Below, piece by piece: positions 49,087 through 61,500 of a stretch of 64,000 nt of DNA; the first letter of the stretch is position 1, and each line of letters begins with the position of its first letter. Under the pieces are notes generated by a model, which was given only the letters and a program-made list of their open reading frames with translations, was not told where the DNA came from and searched no databases. The DNA comes from Trichoplax sp. H2 (taxonomy: Eukaryota): positions 558,001 through 622,000 of the forward strand of contig NOWV01000021.1 of assembly GCA_003344405.1 (NCBI GenBank), read 5' to 3'. Made by a program: the position numbers and the translations under genes.

Positions 49087-51667
49087 ATGGATAAAAGATG
49101 AGTAAAGTTATACTTGTACAATTAATCGCTGTTATTCGCTTGTTTATAAAGTCACTAATATTAAAATGATAGAGTTTAATTCATCATTGCTATCATTAAA
49201 ATTTTGATATGTTTAGTAGTATCATTTCTGTTACCATATTATATATGCTATTTATTTATATCTAGCATATTTACTACTATAGATGATTTTTAAAACTTAC
49301 AGATTCATTTTAGATTTACTTACAGTATTTTTATATCATCATCTGCTTTTATCCGTTGTTATATAATGTATAGCAAATATTGTATTTTATGATAACCTTT
49401 GCATTCTATGCATTGAATAAATTGTATGAATTATCTATTTGGATCGATATCCTCTATATGATAGTGTTATGAGATTGGAAATTTACTCTACTTTGGCAAA
49501 GGTTGGAACGTCCTTCTATCCTTAACTTAAAATTATTAAATCCAAGAGTTTAACCCAACCTACTTTACTGCTTATAAAAGGCTACTAGAGAAGAAATAAA
49601 GATTCTTCCCTGTAACTTGTTTTTCTTACATGGTGTCATGTTTCTGGACCAGAATAAAATTATAGAGAGCTCTGAATATAATTTGCAAAGTATTCAATTT
49701 TGTCGTCATGCATTGTACTTTAAATGCAGTAGACTAATGTACCATACGAATATATCTATATCATACCTTATTGCACTTCGCAAATGTAAAACATTAAGCA
49801 ATATTCTAAAACATGGCCGATTATTTTGGCTGCTATGGTATGATGATAATATCTCGATCAAATGACTAAATGAACTGGCCTATTACAATTTTAATATAAT
49901 ACAAATCTATTTCAAGAAGTAAATCAATTATACTATAGTACAAAGAAGAAATTAGTATCGAGTCATTCACATCTTTAAACTCTATAGCAGGTATCAGTAT
50001 CTGCTTTCGAGTTCCATTATTGCTTTTCTGTTCCTGTACAAAGTTGTAACTGAAAATGGTTGAAGTTTATATATTAAAGGTAAACCTAAAATTTAGCAAT
50101 TAATTACTAATTGAAAGTATCACTATATGCATATCTTTTTATGCTAGAATATGTGATAACTATACCAGTACGATACTATCATATAACAGTTATAATGGTG
50201 CATACTTGTTGCAAAATAAGTGTTGATTAGTACAGTATAATAGAATATACTGTGAAAGGATAGAAATCTTAATTAGGGAAATATATGAAAGTTGAAAAAA
50301 TATAAGTCAATAGCTCATAAATATGATTGAAACTCGTTTTACTACGGCTAATAGCGAAGAATGATAAAGTTAATCTCTGTTGATAAGTTATACTACATCA
50401 GTAATTATACTGAAGATGATTCCAATTTTGAATGAATTATTGGATCTAGACTGAATAGGAGTTAAATACCAGTTTATTACAGATTACAGAATATATTTTC
50501 AAAACAAAGCCTAAGCATTGCAGACCTAGATCTGTAAGCTAAGACGCATTTGCCAATCCATAGTAACCTTATTAGGTAAATTTCTATCCGAATACAGCAA
50601 CCTAGTTACTACGTATTGATGAAGCAGATTTTCTTAGAGTGCAATGGCATAATAATAGGTCATCTGTTATACACTACTGATTTTAGCTAAATTTCGATAG
50701 CCTATCATGTTAAATAGGTAAAATCTCTCAATATGTATATATGCGCACCATAACTTATAGTTTCACCCACTAGTTTATTGTAATATAACATCTAGTTGCA
50801 CTATGTATGGTTGATAATATGGGCCTTGTACTCATAATCTTTACATACTCCGTCGTTCAATATTATTAGAATGTCTATTATAAAAGTAAATATAGACCTT
50901 AGTATACAAATTTACATGATATGACTGTTTTTAACGGTCATAATACGGTATATCTCAGTTTTACTTCTTCATTGCTGGTTAGTATTTATATTAACATCTG
51001 ATATCTTTGATTTTTGATGATAATGATTAATTTATCAATATTTTTAAAAACAGTTTTTTACATGTAATTCATGATGTTAAATTCATAAATACGATTGTGA
51101 AGTATGCCAATTTTAATACTAGGTTGTGCTTTAATAAAAAACTTATATTCGATTGGCGTTGGTATACAGTATGCTGAAAACATGTCGTACAAGTCGTATG
51201 ATATGTTAGATTATAAAGAATTACCTTCGATCAATAATATCTAATCTTTGGTATTGATAAAATACATTGATAGTACTGATGGTATAAAATTAAATATTGC
51301 TTTAAATTTTACCGATATTTCTAAATTTAGAGAATTACCTTCAACTAATTACTACCCAATTTACTATATCTATACAATTGACAAATACTTACATTGCAAA
51401 TACATTCAATTTTAATCGGTGTCGTTAACTGCTTAATTGAAAAGTTCGTTGACTGTGAATAGAACGTACAATAGTTTGTAGTTATATATTTAACATTTCT
51501 GTCGTACAATTTTATTCGATTCAAAGTGTCTGCAAGTAATAACCTTCATCTTATGACTAAGTGTGTACATTATAGTCATGGAGTGCAACAGAAATTTAGC
51601 GTCGAATAAAATATAATAAAATATAATAAATATTGTATCATAAATGGTGTTAAATAAAAAGGAATAA

Positions 51668-52654
51668 TTATTGGATTTTACTATTGCAATTATTGGTGGG
51701 TGATGGAGTAAAGTATGATCCCTGAATACAAATAAGTTCTTTATCACCAACTAGAAGTTGAAGAAATTTCACAACAGTAGATTTAGCAACCCAATGGTAT
51801 TGATCAACTAGAATTAGATTACGATAAATGTCTTTCAAATGGACACATTCACGATATTGGCATAAATCGTCAACAATCTCGTTGAGTTGACGATATAAAT
51901 TGGTATTATCAATAAGTTGATAGCAACATTTTAGGCTATTTTCGAATTTATTCTGGCAATAGATCCATCCATTAAAATACATTTGCTTGATTGATTCCAT
52001 TAATAGATTGGATATGTTATTAGTATTACTTGAAGGGAATTCAAGGAATAAATTTTGCTGAAATTGAGAATCATGAAGAAGATTTTGAGCTGTGAATGTG
52101 TGCTGATGGCTATTTTGTAAGTAGGATTTTATATTTTTTGCAATGTTGTAATAAAGGCACGTGGTGGTCTTCTGCTGCTTAGCACTGGTAAGATCCAAGT
52201 ACGGGTATGCTGGTGGTTTGCTAGGGTTGAATTGATCCTTGGCGCTCTGAGCTCGCTTTTTTCGACAAGGTATTAAAATTTCTTGGTGATATTCTAAGCT
52301 TAAGGTCCAGTGGAGTATTTCTACCATTGGAAAATTTGTCTTGTCGATCATTTGTACGATTAATATTTCGATCTTGCCAGAATAAAGGAGTTGGGCCTGA
52401 CCAGTTATTTGTACAAGTGCTCCAAGAGGAGCTGTTATAAAGTTCTTTTTTTTCCATTGTTTACATGTAATTCGACCACTGCCATCGTCAACATCGTAGG
52501 CAATGAACCTTTTTCGTGTATCAACTCTAGCTATATCACCAACGATAGTAACCTCTTTTTTATTGAAATAACCATTTCCTTGTAGCATAGTGATTAAGAC
52601 ATGAGGTCGAATGTTGTCAATCAACGAAAGATCGATCGTATTCTTGCAAGACAT
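51668..52654 (-). CDS. STN1: CST complex subunit STN1-like (OB fold plus probable winged-helix region), intronless CDS
   Basis: EVTIVGDI..FIAYDVDDGSGRITCKQWK..GALVQITG..EILHW is the RPA2/STN1 OB-fold pattern. The ~330-aa length and long C-terminal half favour STN1 over RPA2. The track start is GTG; the first ATG is 52654. Confidence 0.75.
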   Translation of the reverse strand: MSCKNTIDLSLIDNIRPHVLITMLQGNGYFNKKEVTIVGDIARVDTRKRFIAYDVDDGSGRITCKQWKKKNFITAPLGALVQITGQAQLLYSGKIEILIVQMIDKTNFPMVEILHWTLSLEYHQEILIPCRKKRAQSAKDQFNPSKPPAYPYLDLTSAKQQKTTTCLYYNIAKNIKSYLQNSHQHTFTAQNLLHDSQFQQNLFLEFPSSNTNNISNLLMESIKQMYFNGWIYCQNKFENSLKCCYQLIDNTNLYRQLNEIVDDLCQYRECVHLKDIYRNLILVDQYHWVAKSTVVKFLQLLVGDKELICIQGSYFTPSPTNNCNSKIQ

Positions 52655-54565
52655 GATCACCTTGTGTATCCTACTTTAGAGAACTGAGATATAATCAAGC
52701 TTTCAAAATGTTGCTTTCGAGTAGCAATTGAAAGAGCTACATTCTAGAAGGAATTAAAGGCAATCTAGTTCATTCATTTTGCAGTTTGTATGTAGAAAGA
52801 ACTTGCAAGCCTCTACAAGCCGAGCTGCGCCATGCCCCAAGATTGATTCCTTATCAATGTTCCGAAGGTTGATCTATTCGTACAGATTTCTTGATCATCG
52901 CTTGTTTTACGAAGCCATTTGAATATATTATTTCGATGTTGGAGTTTCCATTTGTTGAAGGGGTTACATATACACGTTTAATTTGAAGCTTGTATAACAC
53001 TTATGGTAAATGTTAGAAGGTAAAATTGGCCGCAACTGCCATGTTTACCTCCAACTAGTAGTGCAAGGACTTTATATTACAGTGCAATGTATAACAGCGA
53101 TGACCTTGTTCCTGGTAATCGCTTTCTTACTGTCCAGAGTCATGTTTGGGAATGTACACTATGTGCTGGCGGTATTTACGATAGACCACGACGTTGCTGT
53201 TCAACCTGAGTTGGAAGATGCTCCTATAGAGTACAAGTACCGAAACATAAGCTGTGATAGCATAATAATAACTGCTCGCATCGCGATTGTCAAGAATTAC
53301 ACCGTGGTATGTTCCAAGTGTCCCTTTTCAATATTGTATAGTGAAGAGTAAATATTTCCTATCTTCCATACGATAGACTCTATCGTAGGCTATGTTTTAA
53401 GTACTTATCATACCGTACGAGGATAGCAGCTTTTAATTAAGCACCAATAATTAATTTAAATAAGAAAAATGAATGGCTACGGTGTTTGTAGTAGTATCTT
53501 TATTTATTTGGTTCGTGTACAGCATACTGTCGGCCAAAATATTCATTTTTTAGTCCCTATCTTTTAATCTATATCTCATAATCTTTATTATGATATGAAA
53601 TTTATTTGTGATGGACGATAATGTGGTAATAACTTGAAATGTTGATTGCTATTTGCGAACGAACCTTTATATCAGGACTTCAGGAGGGATGAATGTTGAT
53701 AGTTTACTCTATTACTTTTATGCAAGGCAGTCGATAGAAAATTGATGTGCTATCCTCTCTACCAGTCTAAACTGATCGATCGAACTATAATTTCGATCAT
53801 AATGAGAGAACGATTATCATCAACGTCATTATTTAAGACAAACACGCAATTTCCTATACTGAATGTAGGAATTGCGGAAGAAATTTTAATGTATGCTGAT
53901 AGCCGTATGCGAGTATCGTATAGAATGATCTACAGTATGTCATATAGTACTCACTGGTGGATTCATAGAAGCTTAAGAATAAGCTTTGAAACTTGTCTTG
54001 GAGCAGTCTACAGTACAGAGTGTGATTTCTTATTTATAGCACCATACACAATGTTAATGACGATCGGAAGGATATCTATTCGAAATTGATCTGTTCCTCA
54101 ACAGAAAAGATATCCATTCTAATTATATTCATGCTACGGAGCAGTTTCAACAGTCCTGTGGCTCATTTATAACCAGCATATCACTAACAAGTTTAACCTA
54201 TGTGCTTCTGTAGTTCTTAGAATATACTGTCCAATTCAAAGAATTCAATTCATTCGCTAAGACTTTTAACGATAGGGTATACCTAACTGATTTACTCCTT
54301 CCTTTCGATACATTATTTTTCCAAGTATTGACTGAATCTCTTTGAAAATTGGGATAATGTATCCTTAGAACGACGAAGATCTGAAGATGACTAGGCTATT
54401 GCAAGGACAGTTTAAGAAAGAATTCTCCTTCCCCGTTCAAAAAATTGCCTTCTAGAGTGAAAAAATGGCGATTCTTCTGCAGTAATGCCTGCCAGGTCGT
54501 TGTTGCAGGTGTGCTTCACAATACTTTCTGTTCGTGACAAGGTAGGGTCAGGTACGTACAGTACT

Positions 54566-55393
54566 GTACAGTACCGCCGGATTTCCAGCCGTGAGTACAG
54601 TACGGTAACGTCACCCTAGCTGGCTTCTGAATTGTATCACGGTACAGTACTGTATCACGCCCTCAGTGAGTGACTGACCCTCAGTAACGTCACCCTAGCT
54701 GGCTTCTGGCTTGTATCACACGGTACAGTACTGTATCACGCTCTCAGTGAGTGACCGACCCTCAGTAACGTCACCCTAGCTGGCTTCTGACTTGTATCAC
54801 GGTACAGTACTGTAGCACGCTCTCAGTGAGTGACCGACCCTCATCAGCCCAGTACATCACAGTGCACAGTACTTACATACCGCACATATTACAGTACTAT
54901 ACAGATTGAATCTCCAGTCATACTGTACNNNNNNNNNNNNNNNNNNNNGTACAGTACCGCCGGATTTCCAGCCGTGAGTACAGTACGGTAACGTCACCCT
55001 AGCTGGCTTCTGACTTGTATCACGGTACAGTACTGTATCACGCTCTCAGTGAGTGACTGACCCTCAGTAACGTCACCCTAGCTGCCTTCTGACTAGTGTA
55101 TTGTAACCCCACTACGACTAAACATTTAATCCGATTGAAAGTGCTACATAAAATCCGAAATCCGATCCGAAAATCTTGTATCACACGGTACAGTACTGTA
55201 TCACGCTCTCGGTGAGTGACCGACCCTCAGTAACGTCACCCTAGCTGGCTTCTGACTTGTATCACGGTACAGTACTGTAGCACGCTCTCAGTGAGTGACC
55301 GACCCTCATCAGCCCAGTACAGCACAGTGCACAGTACTTACATACCGTACATATTACAGTACTATACAGATTGAATCTCCAGTCATACTGTAC
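54566..55393. repeat. 79-81-bp tandem repeat; a leader + 3 monomers + tail block occurs twice, once on each side of the N gap
   Basis: Monomer GTAACGTCACCCTAGCTGGCTTCTGACTTGTATCACGGTACAGTACTGTATCACGCTCTCAGTGAGTGACTGACCCTCA at 54605, 54684, 54765 and three more times after the gap. Blocks are 54566-54928 and 54949-55393. Confidence 0.95.
54929..54948. other. Assembly gap (20 N)
   Basis: Run of n characters. Confidence 1.
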
Positions 55394-55552
55394 AGTGTAC
55401 AGTAGTATGTTACTGCCAGTCACTCATTGCTTTCTCTACGACCTTCATTTATTTTCTCCTGTGGATTTCCTTTCAACTATCTCCATTTCTTACTTTGAAT
55501 TCTTCAGCTATTTGGTATATTGACTAAGCTATCTTTAGCGTTTTAACGCAAA

Positions 55553-58500
55553 ATGGCCCAATTCCAATCAGCTATGTCTACATCTGAAGCTTGGAACAAT
55601 TATTTATCCTGTCAATCCGATCAGGTTAGTGAAAATATCGCTTCAATAATGTTTTTCATTGAAGCAAAGTGATTATTATAAACAACATCACTGGTCAGTA
55701 TGGTGATGTTGATATTCTGAGTAGCCATACCTTACCAAGGGAGATTTTCTCTTCAACTACTTGACATGCTTTTCATTTATATTCCTGATCCATGAATGTC
55801 CAAAAAAACGCGTATAAAATACTCTTTTTGACGTCAATATATTTGACACTGCATATAGTATTGTTGAATACAGTAGGACTTGATTCTTTGCTCACTTGTC
55901 GACTTCAAACGAAGGAGTAACCATTGGCCAATGGCGTACAATAGAAAGAGGGCTATTCCTCAGAATGACTATGACTACACTAATTGGTTTTACTCTAGAT
56001 GAGTGTCGACAGATTTATTCAAGTGATATACAAAGGTGTACCGCAAATTAATAGTCATGATCTACATATCTGTAAATTTCTCTGCATAACCATGTCATAT
56101 ACTGGCATTTTATGCATAAAATTATAATGAATGAGTAGTGTAATCTATCATGGACAACACTGATAGCGGACACATGAAGCGATTGAGCCTAAGGTCACTG
56201 GGGCAATAATTATTATTATTTCCTATCAATTTCCTATTGGTCAGCTCTTTCTAATTGTGATGTTGAACATATTATCTTATTAGCATAGTATATAGTCTAG
56301 AGAAGAGCAATGTAATATCTTGGTCTAGGAGAATATTTGTAATGGAAAAGCTATTTTATGACCTTGAAATAGGAGAAGAAGACATCACTCATCAATTTTC
56401 TCTTACTTTATCTACGCCATGATGAAGATTGCAAATTGGAACAATTTTGGTAAGGCAACAATAGCTTTCTATTACATTTTGAAATGCTAAACTTGAACTG
56501 TTTATGAAAATCGGATTATAGTAATTAATTTATAATTGTTTACCATAATTTCTACTTAGTCGTACAATGCTAGCATCGTATTAATTAAATGAATGGTGCT
56601 GTACTGTACATATACTGTACTTCCTATACGACGATTGATTAATTTCTTTATACATTCGATCAATACTGAATTCATTTCGTTGCCAGCTACTTTAAACAAG
56701 GCCAATCCTATTTTCTTTTTGTAGTCTTAAAAAAATATAACATCCTAATAAGTATCAGGGACGCTTGTTCTGTGAGCAGTCCCTGATGGTATTAACAATT
56801 TGAAGCATTAGTATATGGTGGAGGTTATAAAATGGATAAAGAACTAACGATGCCCAAAGTATCGCAGAAGTTAACGTTATTAACATAGGAAAGTCGCCGT
56901 AGATAATAAGCCCCTTAGTAAAGTACAGTAATATGGATTTTTTTTATGGTACAGTTACTATAGTAGATGGCCTTGCAGTCGATATTCTCTTCTTTTGCTT
57001 TTTGGCATTGAATTTACTGATTTTACCGTAACGTTTGGACAATATCTTGCATAGCAGTCATATGCAATTTACGTTTAACACCAAAGTCGCTTACGGTTGA
57101 TTCTTTTTGACTCTTTAAAAAGAGAAAAATAATCGTGTAGTAAATTATTACATTACTGATTAATTCTGCATGTTATGGACCACAATTGCACAAATGGTTA
57201 TATATGTCTGGCGATGATAAAAGTATTTGTATCAGTCAGTAGTACAATAAATACTGTAGACCTATAATACAGTAGTAGACACTGTAGAAATGGTTAGTTA
57301 GAGCGTATTTATGCGAGTATATATTGTATCATGTTCTTTGTACAGCTAAGAATATATTAATTCCTGTAGACGTTAAGCGAGATCTTAATATTTAATTTTA
57401 TTGTATGACTTCTCTGTAGAAGACAATATCAATATACAATGCTTAAATCATTATGGACGTTAAATGAAAATTTTAATAATATACATGTTTAAATTAAATT
57501 TATAACCTTGGGGGTGCTGATATTCGCGTCTTGATTTTTAATTACGTCTTCTTCTATTATATACGCATAGCGATCCAATCAGTGCAAAAAATCTTTTGGT
57601 TAAAGAATTTATTATAGAGGTTAATGGTTGCATTAGTCAGCCAGGCGATGAAGGTCATCGACAATTTATGAAGTTTCTCTTGGAAGGTCGGGCCGCATCG
57701 TTGTTAATCGCGATCAGTATTATGTTAAGCAAGGTATAGCTTGTACTAGCTATTGTTAATAGCATACTATTGTTATTAAATCTATCTTCGTTGAATATCA
57801 TAATCAACTCTAGACTGTAGATTAATGATTAAGTAAAGTTCGATGGTAATTGGCAGTATGATTTACAGTATATGGTAGTACTATAATAATAAATCTAGTA
57901 TGACAAATGCTATTCATAACTGTGGGTACAGTATTACCTATTGAGTGTACCGTACTAGTATATCACCTTAGCAAAATAATGTCCAGTTGGTTCCAAATTA
58001 AGTAAGCTTGTTACGGTATTAAGATAAGGTATTTAATTTTTTATTATTGTTAAAATATCGCAGGACGCGGCTATCAATATCGAATTCTATACTTTTCTAG
58101 CTCATATGGTGCCACAACTATGCATAACTGTACCTGATTTAACCTCGTCTATTGGTACGTAGAATTGAAAATTTTTAAATGCAATGCTTAATACATAATA
58201 CTAATTTTCTATCTAAACTTTACAAACGACTTTTCTCATAGATTTATTAAATTGGATACCTGATACAGAAAAAAGTTTTATATCTATTAATTCAAATGCG
58301 TCATTTATTAGCAAGCTAACTAAACAGGCTCAAGGGCTGTTTTATCAACGATACTCAACCAAATTTACGATACGAAATAGTTCTGTATCTTTTGTAATCG
58401 ATAACAATCAACGCTTCCACTTACTGGAAGTGTGTCTCATCGTCTTTTCTGTTCTATCACAGCTAGGAATGATTGCAGTTAGTAGTGAACCTCATCAACT

Positions 58501-61500
58501 GAGCAGATTCTTAGTTGGACTGTGTGATGTCAATCTAAAAATCATCAATGATTTGCGATTACCCTCATTAACTCTATCTTACAGTCATACTGTAACGCAT
58601 CTCTTTAGTTACCGATTATGTCTACGTGTGATATATTCTTTAAGTTCTAGTGTATGGTCTTTAGCGCCGCCAGCTACAGATGAAATTAATATTTTAAAAG
58701 ACATTATCAATTTTGCGAAATTATTGGTCAGCGGACTTAATGAAAACAGACACATTTTACCTGAGCGGCCGGATTATGCCGTGCACCTAAGCTTAGCTTT
58801 AGCGGAAATTGTACGTGGCATGTTAAACCTTACAAATCATTTCATGTCGCTTAATATGAAGCGACAGGATAATGCATTCAGTAAATGCATATTTAAGCTA
58901 CTGATTGAAAATGAATTTTTTCAACTATTTAGTCAATCGTTTAGTTGTATAGATAATGTCCATAGAACATGTCTTTCAAATAGAGATGACACAAAAATTC
59001 TACAACAATTCTTCGACGCTAAATCGTTAGAGACACACCTCATCCGGGCCGTAAATACTTTAAAGATAACGGTGAAATCGGTAAATGTGAGACCTAACGC
59101 ATTCCTGCAGAAAAAAATTGCGAAAGATTCCCTTAAAAGCATGAAGAATTCATCAAAATCAAGAGATAAATTATCAATATACAATCTAGGAGACGAAGAA
59201 ACTAAAAATTATTTTATTACCGAATTAATTAGTTCAACTTTGCTACATGCATTTTGTGAATGTCAGCATGATGATCTTTTATGCTATATTATATCTGCTA
59301 TTATGGATTGCAAAGTGGCCTTTTATGTTTCACTTGATGAACTTTACAAATGCCTGCTTGACAAATTTTCTACAAGGTCATTGCGAGGCCAGACTAACAT
59401 CCTGAATCTATTAAATTTTACATTACTTATTGAATGGGATGCTATTAATAAACACGCACCGTATAACGAGGACTCAGTTCATACAAATCTTGAAAGCGGT
59501 TCTATTAAAGATCGGACTAGTTTGATAACGGATGGATTTCAGTATCATGTACCAGCTGTAAGCTATTACAAGAATCTTTTGTACATTCTGAAAGATGATT
59601 CACTAAAGCTATTACTAAAACATTTAGCGAACCTACTGTCGCACGGTTCGGAGAGTCTAAAAGTTAGTATTCTTCAGGAAATTCTGCTTCCTGTCTTTCA
59701 ACAAGATGTTACTGCAGTATCGGGTAATGACCACAAATTGGTTGTACTGGAGTGTTTAAAATTGGTTCCTCTATGTTTATACAACAGCAAAGGAATCCAA
59801 GAAAGATTTATTTGTTTGGAACAATTTTATAAAATTCTTGGCTTTGTCGACGATACTGAATTATGCGAATCTTGTTGGATGATTTTAGAATTTTTATGCT
59901 TGAGTAAAGAATTTAACAATTCAGATCCTCGTGTATTAAACGACATAGAGAAATGTAAAGTTATAAGTGTAATGATTGGAAAGATTGATGATTCGTTTGT
60001 TAAGTGTATACCTTTACAACTATTACAGTCAATCGATAATCAGATCACTTTACAGGATCGAGGTGTTAATGTTGCGGAAGATTTGTTAAATAGGAGAATA
60101 AATAATGAAGATGTTATATTATTAGCAGCCCTGTGGAATTCATACTGGAAACTATATCGAAGCTGCCCTAAATTCCGGGAAATGTTTACAACTTTTAAAT
60201 TAACAGGTATAGCGTGTAAATGTTTAGGTTATGTTCTTGCATGTATAAGAAAGAACATAGTAAGGAAAGAGTCAGATGTTGTTAGTGGAACTGAGAAAGG
60301 ATATGACCAAGTGAATACTCCTTTACAGCAAGAATCCGAATCAAGTATCAGGGAAGCTGATACAGTTTCATCAATTGATGACGGTATGATATTTTTAAAG
60401 CATTAACTAGAATTTCGCTAAAATTTGACCTTATAAATCTTTCTTATTTTACCTACCTAGAGCTTAGATCATATAGCTTAAATGATACTGCATCTCAATA
60501 TACGGCTACTCACACACGAAAGTCACAAACTTTTGATCAAAGACCATCTACGACATCGGATATCAATTGGAAAGAATGGCTGTTATTCGATAATGTTATA
60601 GATTGTGACGTGGGACTATGGGAACTTTCAGATCCATATTTTAAAAATCAAGTGAACTTGATTTTAAACTTAATGACTCCATTATTGGGTATAACTATAG
60701 ATTGCAAGTTTTTCGATCAAATGCTTCTGGATCAAGTAAGATTACTGAAATAATAACTTTAAATTATTTTTTGGTATGGTCAAAGACAACTAGTACTACT
60801 GTATATTTCAATTTTTATTACTTAGAAAATTTTCTATAATTTAGGAATCTTCCGCACTTGATTCTATCATGCAAGAAATTTTGCCTCTATTTTATCAGCT
60901 ATCTTCATTGGATATCGAATTGGACCCTGATATCTCTTACATTATGTTACAAATTTCTGTAAATCGAAATTCTGTTGTCAAATGTTACAGCCAACAGGAG
61001 ATGATAAAGCAATTAGCTTCAGAGGTACCTAATTATTCTTGAAGATTGCTAGGAATGTTTTCAGTGTACTTTACTGTATTTAAATGAAATATAAATGTTC
61101 AATACTTAATTTTTATGATTAATTCAGATATATTTTTTGTAGTTTCAATTGGATTCTAGGGATTTATTTCACCTTGATGCTGTGCCTTCTGCACCAAAGA
61201 TGAGCTATACAGATGATGATTACGAAGCTGATGTTGAATTTGAAACAGAAGACTACTGTACCACAGATGCTAGTGCGGCGGGAGATAATGATGAAGGTGC
61301 GATGAAAGTAAATTACTTTCTGTACTTATACATTAAATTTATGAGGAGTTTAATTTGGATATTTGTGATGATCTTTCATTTACGTAGCAGCTGAGATCAC
61401 ATATATTTCGCAAGAATATGATGAATTATCACTTAACGAGCGACTGGTTCCTATTGTTATGCATCCTGATATTACAATGAGTGCCGTAAAAATACTAGCT

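Noticed and set aside
49950..51410. Possible micro-exon gene on the minus strand (ATGTATTTGCAAT|gtaagt near 51405)
   Set aside because: I could not assemble a convincing phase-consistent product; such signals arise by chance in AT-rich DNA.
52800..54089. ORFs 53010-53351(+), 53742-54089(+) and exon-like minus-strand pieces
   Set aside because: No recognisable family or coherent splice chain; an unrecognised gene cannot be excluded.
54830..54860. Hammerhead ribozyme core (CTGATGAG on the minus strand; again near 55305)
   Set aside because: No stem II followed by GAAA.
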